A stretch of 64,000 bases of DNA from Verrucomicrobiia bacterium (GCA_030038175.1 JASHPN010000162.1:2111-66110); one strand, 5' to 3'; shown: positions 46,239 through 56,181, numbered from the stretch's first letter. A program made the numbers and translations. Notes: generated by a model from the sequence alone, not told the origin.

Positions 46239-47123
46239 TTATGGTTGCGATACGTTCCGAACCACCGCGGTCCAGCAATTGGGGCCAAATCTCGATTTAA
46301 ACTTTTCGATGAGCGCTTCCGCTGCCGGAACACTATCGCAAATCGCAAAGGTTGCCGAACCGCTTCCGGACATCAGAGCGGCCCGGGCGCCGTTGGACGC
46401 GAGAAAATCTTTGAATAATTTCAGGACCGGAAATTTTTCAAAGGCGGGCGCTTCGAGGGAATTGTAAAACTCCGGGGCGGCCGCGTTTAAATCATCCGAT
46501 TGCAGGAGAGCAGCCAGTTTTTTTCCCCGGCCCTTCGGCCCGTTCAGCGCGGCGGGAAAACGGGCGAGATTCTTGTAGGCCCATGGCGTTGAAATGCCAA
46601 AACCGGGATGGATCAGCATGAAAGCCTTGTTCCTGAGCGCGGGAAAGAAATCCAGCGGTTGCACTTGTTCTCCCCGTCCAACCGCCAGCGCCGGCTTGTC
46701 CTGTAAAAAAAACGGGATGTCCGATCCCAGGCCGGCCGCGATGTGGATCAATTTTTCCGATGGCAGCGCGCCGCCGAAAAGCTCGTTGAGCGCCAGCAGG
46801 GTGGTCGCGGCGTTTCCACTGCCGCCCCCCAGGCCCGCGGCCACGGGTATTTTCTTTTCCAAATGAATTTTAACGCCCTCCGAAATCCCCGTAGCCGCCC
46901 GGAAGGATTCAGCCGCCCGAAAGACCAGATTGCCTGAATCGGTCGGGAGGCTATGGTCGTTGCACGAAAGCTCAATGCCGTTCCGGGTGCGCTCAAAGGC
47001 AAGCTCGTCGCACACGTTGACCGGCTGCATCAGAGTTTCCAGTTCATGAAAACCGTCCGCGCGCTTCCCCAGAATATTCAACAGCAAATTAACTTTGCAG
47101 GGCGATTGCTTCAGCAAGAACAT
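46239..47123 (-). CDS. ispE: 4-(cytidine 5'-diphospho)-2-C-methyl-D-erythritol kinase
   Basis: PCKVNLLLNILGKRADGFHELETLMQ and KKIPVAAGLGGGSGNAATTLLALN (GHMP kinase motif). Confidence 0.9.
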   Translation of the reverse strand: MFLLKQSPCKVNLLLNILGKRADGFHELETLMQPVNVCDELAFERTRNGIELSCNDHSLPTDSGNLVFRAAESFRAATGISEGVKIHLEKKIPVAAGLGGGSGNAATTLLALNELFGGALPSEKLIHIAAGLGSDIPFFLQDKPALAVGRGEQVQPLDFFPALRNKAFMLIHPGFGISTPWAYKNLARFPAALNGPKGRGKKLAALLQSDDLNAAAPEFYNSLEAPAFEKFPVLKLFKDFLASNGARAALMSGSGSATFAICDSVPAAEALIEKFKSRFGPNCWTAVVRNVSQP

Positions 47124-47171
47124 GCAAAAGGTTAGTCAACGCCTTTTGCAAGTTGAAGTGGAAAAGCACCC

Positions 47172-48203
47172 TTAAAACTGCCTTTCCCCATGCTCAATGG
47201 ATTCCAGCAGTTGGCAATCGGAGTTCCAATACCATGCGCGAAACAGCAGGATATCGCCGCGATGCCGCGACGCCGCAACGGTATCGGGCGAAGCATCGGC
47301 AATGTCCAGGACTGAAAACGACGAAGGGAATAGTTTCCGCGCCAGGCGGGCCGTCAAATCCGCGTCACCACGGCGCAAGGAAACATAGGGCGCGGAAAAC
47401 GCCCAATAGGGCAAATCATGATGTTCGGGAATGAGGAGAACGCCGGGCCGCTGGCTCTGCAAGAGGCGCAGTTGTAATACTTCATCAGGGCGCCAGAATC
47501 CGTCGTTGGAATCTATATAAAAGATCGTTGCGCCCCAATGCGTTCTCGCAAAATCTATTTTATCAAGCAGGACCTTATGGATGTCCAGAGCCGCCGCCTG
47601 GCGAGGCAGGCCGTGGTCGAAAACCAGTTCCTGCGGCCGTATGGTTACGCCCACCCGCAATCCCGCGTTTGTGAACCGTTTGAAAAATTCATCCACGGCC
47701 GCGGCCATTTCCGGCGCCAAACCGGTCAGCAAACGCGGGTCGCCGATGTAACTGGTCTTGTGCGGAAACTCTTCGCCCTCCAGGTCCCAAACAATTACTC
47801 CCTGGGCATTCAGGCGTTTTAGATTGGCAATGCTGATATCGGCACAGTTCAGAAGCTCTTTTCTAAAGCGTTCCTTCCCGCCTGGACCCATAAAATCCGC
47901 GCTTTTGTCATTAAACCATCCGCGGGGATTCGTCGCCGAGGAATGATACGTTGAGGCAAGCATCAACACACCGATGGGACGGCGATCGGGCCAGCGCGCG
48001 CTCAGCGGCCAGACTACCCAGGCCATTGTCGAAATGGCTATTACCGCCAAACCGAGAAGGCAAAACAGAAGTTTGCGTCTTTTCCTCAACGGCACGGGCG
48101 TCGCATGGCGGCAAATGGGGCAGGAAATCTGACTGCCCTGATACCGAGTCGAGAGCTCGAACGGATGCCGGCACTTTGGGCAGATGATTTTTACTCTAGC
48201 CAT
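47172..48203 (-). CDS. Hypothetical membrane-anchored protein: N-terminal zinc ribbon, one TM, about 250-aa extracytoplasmic alpha/beta domain
   Basis: The ATG at 48203 gives MARVKIICPKCRHPFELSTRYQGSQISCPICRHATPVP (CxxC...CxxC), then the TM segment LLFCLLGLAVIAISTMAWVVW. That start lies 4 nt after the stop of the upstream gene. Confidence 0.6.
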   Translation of the reverse strand: MARVKIICPKCRHPFELSTRYQGSQISCPICRHATPVPLRKRRKLLFCLLGLAVIAISTMAWVVWPLSARWPDRRPIGVLMLASTYHSSATNPRGWFNDKSADFMGPGGKERFRKELLNCADISIANLKRLNAQGVIVWDLEGEEFPHKTSYIGDPRLLTGLAPEMAAAVDEFFKRFTNAGLRVGVTIRPQELVFDHGLPRQAAALDIHKVLLDKIDFARTHWGATIFYIDSNDGFWRPDEVLQLRLLQSQRPGVLLIPEHHDLPYWAFSAPYVSLRRGDADLTARLARKLFPSSFSVLDIADASPDTVAASRHRGDILLFRAWYWNSDCQLLESIEHGERQF

Positions 48204-48207
48204 GCAA

Positions 48208-50685
48208 TTATCTCGATGGTTGATCCGGTTCAAATTGGCGGCAGGCCTTGCCAGCGCTGTAAAGAGCTAACCGCTCTTGATTGCGTCTAATCAGCGTGAT
48301 ATCACCCAGCTTTTGTGCGAGCGCAATGGCCTCCTGTTCTGCGATGACGGCATCGCCAAATCGGCCCGTTTCCGCGTCCGCGGCTGCCAGGGCATTGAGG
48401 GCCGAGGGATCCACATGCCGTGTCAATTGGCTCGCCGTCTCAGCCAAAGCTACGGCGTTCGTTCCATTGCGAATGGCCGGCTGGGGCCAGGCTGCAAGGA
48501 TCCATGCCAGGTTGACGTAAGGCGGGACGAATCCGGGTTGAACATTAATGGCTTTCCGATACGAGGCAATGGCTTCAACCGGCATTCTTTTCTGACGAAA
48601 GGCATTGCCCAGGTTGTTATACGCCTGGCCAAATCCCGGCTGGCATTCAATGGCTTTTTGGAACTGGACGATGGCTTCATTGAACCGCGATTGTTTTAGA
48701 AAACAATAGCCAAGGTTATTGCAGGCGTAGGCAAAGTCCGGTTTGATTTCCAGGGCTTTTTGATACTGGGCAATGGCTTCATCCAACGACCCCATTCGGA
48801 AAAACGCGTCGCCCAGCCGCTCCCGGATGTCGGCGGATTCGGGTTGAAACTCCAGGGCCTGCTGATAATGGGCGATGGCCTGGTTCAATATCCCCTTTTG
48901 AAAGTAAGCGTCGCCCAGCCCGCTTTCACAATTCACGGAATCGAAATGAAATTCAATGGCCTTTTGATATTGGATAATCGCTTCGTCAGGTTTCCCTTGC
49001 TGGAGAAAACAATAGCCAAGGTTGTTGTAGGCGTCTGCGAAGTCTGGTTTTATTTCCAGGGCTTTTTGATATTGGGCAATGGCGTCGTCCAACCGCCCTT
49101 TTTGGGAAAAGACATTGCCGAGGCCGCCATGGGCTTCCGCGAACTTCGGTTCGAAGGCCAAAGCCCTTTTGAACCAGGCCGCCGCGTCATCGGGCCGGCC
49201 CTGGTTGAGCAAAGAGTTGCCCAGAAAATAGCTCGCTGTCCCGTATGCCTCAACGCCCGATAAGATGTTAAATGCAAGGGAATAGCACAGCAAAAGACAC
49301 CAGCCCGCGCGCGCAACACGCTTCCCGCTCGGATGGTCTTTCAATGTCTGTTCCAGGCTTAAGATGCCAATGGCGGCCAGGAGTATCAAAGGCGGAACAA
49401 AATCGAGTTCGTAACCGGCGCCGGCTGCGAAAAATAAACACAGGGTCGTCGCGCAGGCGGCAAAGAGCACAAATACCGCCGAGACAAACCATCGCAAATC
49501 GGAGTCTTGCGGGATTTGTTTCCATCCTGGCCATACCGCCAGCGCCAGCCAAACGAAGGGCGAATTCATCAGGATTCCAGGGCACCGTGAGAGGATACCG
49601 TGATACCCGGGCGGCACATGCCCGGGCGTCCCGGTTTGAGCTTGAATAAACGGAAAATGGCTGCCCCACCGGGTGGGTTCCAAAAAGTAATAACCAAAAT
49701 TTGTGAAAAAATAATCCAGACTGAATTGCCGGGCATGGTCGTTATTTTGATTTGTTAACTGGTAATGAAGTCCGAATTCGAAAGGATTGTCGAAACGCAG
49801 ATCATTATACACCATCAAACCTGCCCCTGCGAGTATGAGCGGGCCGGTTGCCGCTGCCAATGACAAGACCGGATGCCAGCGTGAAGTTTTCCGGCCTCTG
49901 ACTCGCCATTCCTGGAGGACTGGAACCAACAGAACGATCGCTCCAAATAACAATGATGGCCGCGATCCGATCGCCAACCCATACGCCACGCTCGCCAGCG
50001 TGAGCCATTGGAGCCGCCGTTCTGAATAGTGCATTGCGCGCCAGATGGCTGCCAGTGCCGCCATCACAAAAGCAAAGGCACAGCTCTTGGCCACTTCATA
50101 GACATCGCAGGATGCCAATATCTCAAAGGCGCCGCTGGCCAAACCTAATGCCAGGAGGCCGGCGGCGAGGGCCCAAATACTTGCATCCGGAAAATAACGC
50201 CTCCGGATCGCGCATAACAGAACCGTCCCTATCAAAAAACCAACGGTCAAAAAGGCGACCACACCGTCCCTGTGCGACAAATAGCTGCCCGTCAGAGCTT
50301 CACAGGGCCAAAAAAACACCAAAGCCGGAACCACGCCGAAATACAGGTACAATTTCCCTTTGTAATAACTCATCTCGTAGGCCAGATGGTGTTCGTCCCA
50401 CACGTATGGATGATTAAGCGACGGATTGTACGGGTCAGCAAGGCCGGCCAATTCCGGAGCCGGGTCCCGCATGACATAAAGGTGCCCGGAACGAAAACCT
50501 TGAACGAGCAGGTTGTAGTAGGAGTCGCTGACGCGCGAATCAGTCGCTTCGAGGGCGCCGGGTTCGGCGCCCCAGACAAATATCCCGATGATCAGGGCGC
50601 AAACAGCGGCAATGACAGCATGCTCCGTCCATTTACCGCCGGGTGTGCGCGTTGCCATTGCTTCGGGATTTGATATCTCGGCCAT
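48208..50685 (-). CDS. Polytopic membrane protein (GT-C-like N-terminal half) with C-terminal TPR repeats
   Basis: About 12 hydrophobic segments in the first ~480 aa, then at least 7 TPR units, e.g. AHGGLGNVFSQKGRLDDAIAQYQKALEIKPDFADAYNNLGYCFLQQGKPDEAI. Confidence 0.7.
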   Translation of the reverse strand: MAEISNPEAMATRTPGGKWTEHAVIAAVCALIIGIFVWGAEPGALEATDSRVSDSYYNLLVQGFRSGHLYVMRDPAPELAGLADPYNPSLNHPYVWDEHHLAYEMSYYKGKLYLYFGVVPALVFFWPCEALTGSYLSHRDGVVAFLTVGFLIGTVLLCAIRRRYFPDASIWALAAGLLALGLASGAFEILASCDVYEVAKSCAFAFVMAALAAIWRAMHYSERRLQWLTLASVAYGLAIGSRPSLLFGAIVLLVPVLQEWRVRGRKTSRWHPVLSLAAATGPLILAGAGLMVYNDLRFDNPFEFGLHYQLTNQNNDHARQFSLDYFFTNFGYYFLEPTRWGSHFPFIQAQTGTPGHVPPGYHGILSRCPGILMNSPFVWLALAVWPGWKQIPQDSDLRWFVSAVFVLFAACATTLCLFFAAGAGYELDFVPPLILLAAIGILSLEQTLKDHPSGKRVARAGWCLLLCYSLAFNILSGVEAYGTASYFLGNSLLNQGRPDDAAAWFKRALAFEPKFAEAHGGLGNVFSQKGRLDDAIAQYQKALEIKPDFADAYNNLGYCFLQQGKPDEAIIQYQKAIEFHFDSVNCESGLGDAYFQKGILNQAIAHYQQALEFQPESADIRERLGDAFFRMGSLDEAIAQYQKALEIKPDFAYACNNLGYCFLKQSRFNEAIVQFQKAIECQPGFGQAYNNLGNAFRQKRMPVEAIASYRKAINVQPGFVPPYVNLAWILAAWPQPAIRNGTNAVALAETASQLTRHVDPSALNALAAADAETGRFGDAVIAEQEAIALAQKLGDITLIRRNQERLALYSAGKACRQFEPDQPSR

Positions 50686-50733
50686 TCAATCCACTCAAAG
50701 AATGCCTGCAAAAATGCGGGATGACAAGATGGC

Positions 50734-50962
50734 GGAGGTACGGCTGTGTCCCGCTCTGAGCGGGACCAGCCGCAGACTCCAACGAAATTAAGATTTCGTT
50801 TTGGTTGCCAAGGAACCTAAAAATTCGGATATCATATTGAATCCAAGGCAGTTGCATGAACGGTTCCTTGGCAGCAGTTTGAAATGCAATGACCCGTGGC
50901 CATACGGAAGGGCTTTGGCTGGCTATGCGTTGCGGCTGGTCTTCGACACAACCGCGCCCCGC
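50734..50962. repeat. Palindromic intergenic repeat, family A (long, diverged copy)
   Basis: Left arm ggaggtacggctgtgtc, core gttgcggctgg, right arm acacaaccgcgccccgc. It accounts for the spurious N-terminal extension of the next ORF. Confidence 0.5.
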
Positions 50963-51002
50963 TTCAGTCCTTTTTCTTGCATTGAACCCCTTCTTTCCTA
51001 CG

Positions 51003-52883
51003 ATGATTTCAATGTTCAACCATTTCTCCGGTCTTAGGAAACGCCTCTTGATTTTGCTCGCCGTTGGATCGGTTGCGGTATTGGCGCGGGCGGCTTTGCC
51101 CGTGCAGGCAGCCTTCACCGGAACAAATCAGGAAACGCGATGGCCGCTGGCCGAACTCAATCCCGGATTGCCGGCGGATTGGTCGGGTTACAAGTTCGTC
51201 GTTATCGAATTTGAAGCCTCGTCCTCTCAGAGATTCAATCTGGGGCTGGAAACGCCCGCCGGGTGTTATAAGAAGTTGATCGGGCCTTTTCCCGGCGTTT
51301 GGACTCGCGCCGTGATTCCACTGCGGTTTTACCGAAGCCCGGCGGGCAATGGCGTAGATCTGGCGGCCACCTTCAATCAACCGCACGATTCCTATTGGAT
51401 CAATATCCACCATGGCGGTTATGGCCCTCTTACGAATGTTACGGGCCTGGTTGTTTCCATACGTAACCCCATCGGTACTCCAACGATCGAGATTCGATCG
51501 GTTGCCCTGGCAACGAACAATCTCCGGGACGCGATCCTGAATGGAAAGCCGTTGATAGACGAGTTTGGGCAATACACTCATGCCGAATGGCCCGGCAAAG
51601 CGCACACCCTTGGCGAATTGAAAGGCACCTGGGCTGCGGAAGAGCGCGACCTGCAAACGGTTCAGGTCACCAATCGCGATGGGTACGGGGGCTTTTTGAA
51701 CGCCCGCGCGAGGGCGACGGGGTTTTTCCGGGTGGAACGAATTCACGGGCGGTGGTGGTTTGTAGATCCGGACGGTCACCTGTTTTTTTCCGACGGCATG
51801 AACGGCGTAGGCATCACCGCCGTCACACGCATTCAGGGCCGCAGGGATTTGTTTGCCGCGCTTCCTCCGGCTGGTCTCCTGCCCCTGGCTCCGGGCGTGG
51901 CGTCGTTTTATGCCTGGAATCTAGAGCGCCGTTTCGGGGAGGATTGGCCGGCGCGATGGGCCGACATGGCCACGCGGCGCCTCACCGCCTGGGGCTTCAA
52001 CACGATGCAAAACTGGGGCCGCGGCAATCCCGTGGAGCCGCGTGTGCCGTACGCGTTTATGATGGAGGATTGGCAGACCGGCAATTCCATCATGGGCCTG
52101 CCCGACGTCTATGCGAATGATTTTGCACGCCGCGTTGACCAGCTTGCCGCCGGCCAACTCGACTCGCGCCGCAACGACCCGTATATGCTCGGTTATTTTA
52201 TCGGCAATGAACCGCCCTGGCCCGGGCGTGAAAGCCAGTTATGCGACGCCATCCTTGCCGGGCCGCAAAGTGCCATTCAAGCGCGGCTAAAAACATTCCT
52301 GGCGCGGGCCGATACGCTCAAACGGCGCAAGCAGTTCGTCCTGGCAGCTTTCAAAGTCTATGTGGATACCATCAACGCCGCCACCCGCCGTCATGACCCT
52401 CATCACCTGAACCTGGGCATCCGTTTTGGCGAGGGAGCCGGCGATGACGTCCTGAAAGTGACGCGCGGGTTCGATGTTTTCAGCCTGAACGATTACAGCG
52501 ATGCGCCGGCGCGCACGATGCTGGATCGTATTTATTCAAAGGTCCGGCGCCCGATCCTGATTGGCGAATTTCATTTTGGAACACCCGAGCGGGGCATGTC
52601 CGGCGGCCTGGTGCCCACGAGCAGCCAGGCGGAGCGCGCCGCGGGCTATCGCTATTACGTCGAGCAAAGCGCCGCGGACCCGGCGGTGATTGGCGCCCAT
52701 TGGTTTCAATGGCTGGATGAGCCGGTGACCGGACGGCGCGACGGCGAGAATTACAACATCGGATTCATTGACGTGACCGACCAGCCGTATCCTGAAATGG
52801 TCGCGGCGGCCGTGGTGACGCACAATCGCCTTTTCGAAATTCACTGCGGACAGATTGCGCCGACGGATCGAAAGCCGCGGTAA
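51003..52883 (+). CDS. Secreted putative glycoside hydrolase (TIM-barrel, clan GH-A-like) with an N-terminal beta-rich domain
   Basis: The ATG at 51003 gives MISMFNHFSGLRKRLLILLAVGSVAVLARAALPVQA. YFIGNEPPWPG (candidate acid/base Glu), ILIGEFHFG (candidate nucleophile Glu), AHWFQWLDEP. The family assignment is tentative. Confidence 0.55.
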   Translation: MISMFNHFSGLRKRLLILLAVGSVAVLARAALPVQAAFTGTNQETRWPLAELNPGLPADWSGYKFVVIEFEASSSQRFNLGLETPAGCYKKLIGPFPGVWTRAVIPLRFYRSPAGNGVDLAATFNQPHDSYWINIHHGGYGPLTNVTGLVVSIRNPIGTPTIEIRSVALATNNLRDAILNGKPLIDEFGQYTHAEWPGKAHTLGELKGTWAAEERDLQTVQVTNRDGYGGFLNARARATGFFRVERIHGRWWFVDPDGHLFFSDGMNGVGITAVTRIQGRRDLFAALPPAGLLPLAPGVASFYAWNLERRFGEDWPARWADMATRRLTAWGFNTMQNWGRGNPVEPRVPYAFMMEDWQTGNSIMGLPDVYANDFARRVDQLAAGQLDSRRNDPYMLGYFIGNEPPWPGRESQLCDAILAGPQSAIQARLKTFLARADTLKRRKQFVLAAFKVYVDTINAATRRHDPHHLNLGIRFGEGAGDDVLKVTRGFDVFSLNDYSDAPARTMLDRIYSKVRRPILIGEFHFGTPERGMSGGLVPTSSQAERAAGYRYYVEQSAADPAVIGAHWFQWLDEPVTGRRDGENYNIGFIDVTDQPYPEMVAAAVVTHNRLFEIHCGQIAPTDRKPR

Positions 52884-53055
52884 CATGAACCGGATATTCC
52901 TGTCGTCCCTGCCGGGATAAATTCTCTCTTTTGCCAGTTTCCATACACTCCGTGTCTGGCTACTTTCCGGTTGTGCCTTCGGCACGACACAGTCCTGACG
53001 CGCCTGCGCTCTTGTCATTTTTCAGAACCGGGTCATCATATTGGTGAAACCGGAT

Positions 53056-54495
53056 ATGGATTTTAGTTTTTTCTGCCCGGCCTGCGGCCAAAAGCTGAAA
53101 ACGGACGTGGAAGCGGCCGGGATGAAATTCAATTGCCCGGATTGCGGCGCCGAAGTAACTGTCCCGCGTCCGGATGGTTCGCCCGCTCCGCAACCGACGG
53201 TCCTGGTTCCACAGCCCGGCAAGCCCGGCGCCCCGCAGCAATTGGTTCCGGCCACCCCATCCGGGCCGCCGCCGGTGCCCAATGCCAAACCATCAAAACC
53301 GAATCCGGAAGGCGAATTTACGTGCCCGGTCTGCTGGCTCCGCTTTGATGCCGGGGACATCATGCATATCGCCGTCCATGATTCGTTGCGCGGCGATCCG
53401 CTCCTGGGCGAGGACGCCCAACAACGATTTCTGGCCACCCGCTTCAACAATGCCGGCCAGGCGCTGGATGCCAGGGACGTGCCCAGTTCCGAAATCGCCT
53501 GTCCACATTGCCGGCGGAAATTGCCGCCGAGCTTTTTGGGAATGCCGCACCACATTATTTCTCTCGTTGGCGACCAAAGCGCCGGCAAGTCGTATTACTT
53601 GAGCGTGCTGACGAAAGTATTTCCGACGACGTTATACCGGGAATTCGGCGTTGTGTTCCAGGATGGCGATCCGACGGGCAATGCTCCGATCAATGATATG
53701 CGCAAGGCGTTATTCGGCGCCCAATCTCCGGCGCAGGCCAAACTGGCCAAAACGGTCTTTGAAGGCGCGATGTATGAACGGCTGCCGCGCCAGGGCAGAA
53801 TTGCGGCTCTTCCCCGTCCTTTTGTTTTTACCGTTTCCGCGGAGGGCGCACGAGAGCAGTGCGCACTGATATTTTATGATAATGCGGGCGAGCATTTTCA
53901 GCCCGGCGTCAACATCGTGGAACAGCCCGGGGCGCAACACGTTGCCAGCGCGGCGGGCATCCTCTATTTGTTCGACCCGTTTAACAGCCCGGAATTCCGG
54001 CGGCATTTGCTGGACACCAAAGATCCGCAACTGGAACGGCCCATCGTGGACCAGCAGGACATCATTCTGTCCGAAATGCGAACTCGCATTCAGACCATCC
54101 GCAATCTCCGCCCGGGCGAAGCGATTCAAACGCCGGTCGCTTTCATCGTCGGGAAATACGACGCGTGGCCGCAACTGCTGAACGGCAAAACCCTTCGCGA
54201 ACCGGTCCATGACGGCCGCCTGGACCTGGCGGCAGTGGAAGAAAATTCGGGCGTGATTCGCGAACTGTTATGCCGGCTCTGTCCGCCGGTCGTGGCCAAC
54301 GCGGAAGCCTTGAGCGGCAAGGTCATGTTTTTCGCCGCGAGTTCCTTTGGCCATACACCGATTAAAATCGGCCCGGGCGAATACGTCCCCGATCCAGCGC
54401 AACTGAATCCGGCGCAGGTTGAGATTCCGTTGCTGTGGATATTGACGCGGATTTGTCCCAGCCTGTTTGAGGCAAACACACTTCACATTTCATGA
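53056..54495 (+). CDS. Zinc-ribbon-containing P-loop GTPase-like protein (TRAFAC-type motifs)
   Basis: FFCPACGQKL...FNCPDCGAEVTVP (zinc ribbon 1), a Pro-rich linker, FTCPVCWLRF...IACPHCRRKLP (split zinc ribbon 2). Then ISLVGDQSAGKSYYLSVL (Walker A/G1), LIFYDNAGE (G3 DxxG) and AFIVGKYDAW (G4-like xKxD). I prefer the ATG at 53056 to the TTG at 53041. Confidence 0.7.
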   Translation: MDFSFFCPACGQKLKTDVEAAGMKFNCPDCGAEVTVPRPDGSPAPQPTVLVPQPGKPGAPQQLVPATPSGPPPVPNAKPSKPNPEGEFTCPVCWLRFDAGDIMHIAVHDSLRGDPLLGEDAQQRFLATRFNNAGQALDARDVPSSEIACPHCRRKLPPSFLGMPHHIISLVGDQSAGKSYYLSVLTKVFPTTLYREFGVVFQDGDPTGNAPINDMRKALFGAQSPAQAKLAKTVFEGAMYERLPRQGRIAALPRPFVFTVSAEGAREQCALIFYDNAGEHFQPGVNIVEQPGAQHVASAAGILYLFDPFNSPEFRRHLLDTKDPQLERPIVDQQDIILSEMRTRIQTIRNLRPGEAIQTPVAFIVGKYDAWPQLLNGKTLREPVHDGRLDLAAVEENSGVIRELLCRLCPPVVANAEALSGKVMFFAASSFGHTPIKIGPGEYVPDPAQLNPAQVEIPLLWILTRICPSLFEANTLHIS

Positions 54496-55008
54496 ACCGC
54501 GCGGGCATTTTGTACGAACGAATCTCCCTCACGCCCCTCTCCCGCTGGGAGAGGGAGAATTATTGGCCGATGGTTTGGCACAACGGACGACAATCCAATA
54601 ATCCACTAATCCAGCTATCCAACAATCCAACTTACGAATATCCGTGTCCATCTGTGGCGGGTTTGATAAACCCCTTGATAAATCAGAGGTTGCTCGCAGG
54701 GTGGACGGGCACTGTCAGCGAAACTGTCAGTAACGCGGAAAGTCGCAGGACTATTTTGCCACTACTGCCCAAAACTCGCTGAAACTTTGCCACTACTTGC
54801 GTTCACTCACGCAGTAGAAACGGGACTGGTTACTCGATTCGAGCAGACCAGTTATGTTGTTCAAGCTGCTGTGGATGCCGCAGTGGATTATTTAACGCGT
54901 GAATGCGGGGGGCAATGGGTAGGCGCAAAAGTTTTATCCGCAGGTGCCGTACTTCTCCCCATTTGCCAACGGCAATTTACAATTTACGCAGCTTCACCTC
55001 TCATCGCG

Positions 55009-55206
55009 TCAATCCTTGTCAGGAACGAAAATGTCCTCGATAGCTACCTTGAATACCTTAGCCAACTTGAAGGCGAGAGGAAGGCTTGGGTCATACCGCC
55101 CCGTTTCAATCGCGTTGACTGTCTGCCGCGATACTTCCAGCTTTTCAGCCAGATCAGACTGCGACCATTCTTTCGCCGCTCGCATTTCACGCAGCTTGTT
55201 TTTCAT
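55009..55206 (-). CDS. XRE-family helix-turn-helix transcriptional regulator (small, YozG-like)
   Basis: MKNKLREMRAAKEWSQSDLAEKLEVSRQTVNAIETGRYDPSLPLAFKLAKVFKVAIEDIF is a textbook Cro/C1 HTH. The ATG at 55206 overlaps the upstream gene's stop by 4 nt. Confidence 0.85.
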   Translation of the reverse strand: MKNKLREMRAAKEWSQSDLAEKLEVSRQTVNAIETGRYDPSLPLAFKLAKVFKVAIEDIFVPDKD

Positions 55207-55658
55207 TTGTAGCGGCGATTGATTCCAATGGCGCCGACGAAAACCAGGAAGGCCATCAAGATAAGCGTGATCTGATAGTCCAGGCCGTGACTCAACCATT
55301 CTGGGAGATGAAGCCCAATCGACTGCACTTGCCACAAGGTTATCATCACGAACATTGTTCCGATACCCGCAAAGCACCATGCTTTATAGTAAATGAGCCG
55401 CTGCATTTCATCGAGTAGACGTATGCGTTGTCCGAAAGATAACACCTGCATAATCCAAGCAGGAATTGGAGCGAGTGCGACAACTGCTCGCAGAGCAACG
55501 TCTGCATCGACATGGTGATGCAACCACCAACGCGAGACGATCGTGGCGATGAATGCCACGGTGCCCCATTTGGATATCAGGCGGGGAACGTTTGGGGTAG
55601 TTTGAGTGGTTTCAATAGATTTATTCATAGCGGCACCACTGTAAAGCATACTTTCCAC
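55203..55658 (-). CDS. Small polytopic membrane protein co-transcribed with the XRE regulator
   Basis: Four hydrophobic segments, e.g. WGTVAFIATIVSRWW and AWCFAGIGTMFVMITLW. Candidate starts at 55658 (GTG), 55649 and 55628 (ATG). Confidence 0.6.
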   Translation of the reverse strand: MESMLYSGAAMNKSIETTQTTPNVPRLISKWGTVAFIATIVSRWWLHHHVDADVALRAVVALAPIPAWIMQVLSFGQRIRLLDEMQRLIYYKAWCFAGIGTMFVMITLWQVQSIGLHLPEWLSHGLDYQITLILMAFLVFVGAIGINRRYK

Positions 55659-56181
55659 GTGTCAAGCATCTTTTACATAATTTTTTTGCTCAGGCGATTC
55701 CAATGAGGCCGGAAACGCCTAACACAGCGCTGGAGCCAACGCCGATTACGCCGGTCAGTTTTCGCTGCGGGTTTTTGGTTGGCGGGAGTCACCGACGGCG
55801 TAATTCATCTTTTGGTCGTTAGGCGACTTTACGATATGGACAATTTTTACAAATCAGTGTCAGTTATCATGTGCTTTTAGGTGTAAATAAACGAAGCGCG
55901 AAACGCGCCGAGAAAAGTTAGACTGTGCTTCTGTCGCTCTGGCCGCCGCGACGGGCTGCAATTATTTCCGCGATGCTGCGGCAAGTGGCCTGCCGTGGGT
56001 GTCAGTAAATTTGCAAGTTAACGTCCTGAAAAGTAGTGAAAAGTTTTGGTGAGTAATGACGAATTTACCTTGATTTTATGGGGGTTTAATCTATTTTTCT
56101 GGTGTTCTGAATGGGGTTTACAGACCGTGTCCATCTGTGTGCATCCGTTGGATGCAATCCGGCGGATAAAGTATTTTCTCC

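Noticed and set aside
54492-54782. 96-aa ORF immediately after the GTPase gene.
   Set aside because: It is made almost entirely of recognisable repeat debris (LTPLSRWERE, QSNNPLIQLSNNP, PCPSVAG). It is not a plausible protein.
54787-55212. 141-aa plus-strand ORF.
   Set aside because: It is antisense to the XRE HTH gene, whose Cro/C1-type sequence is unambiguous.
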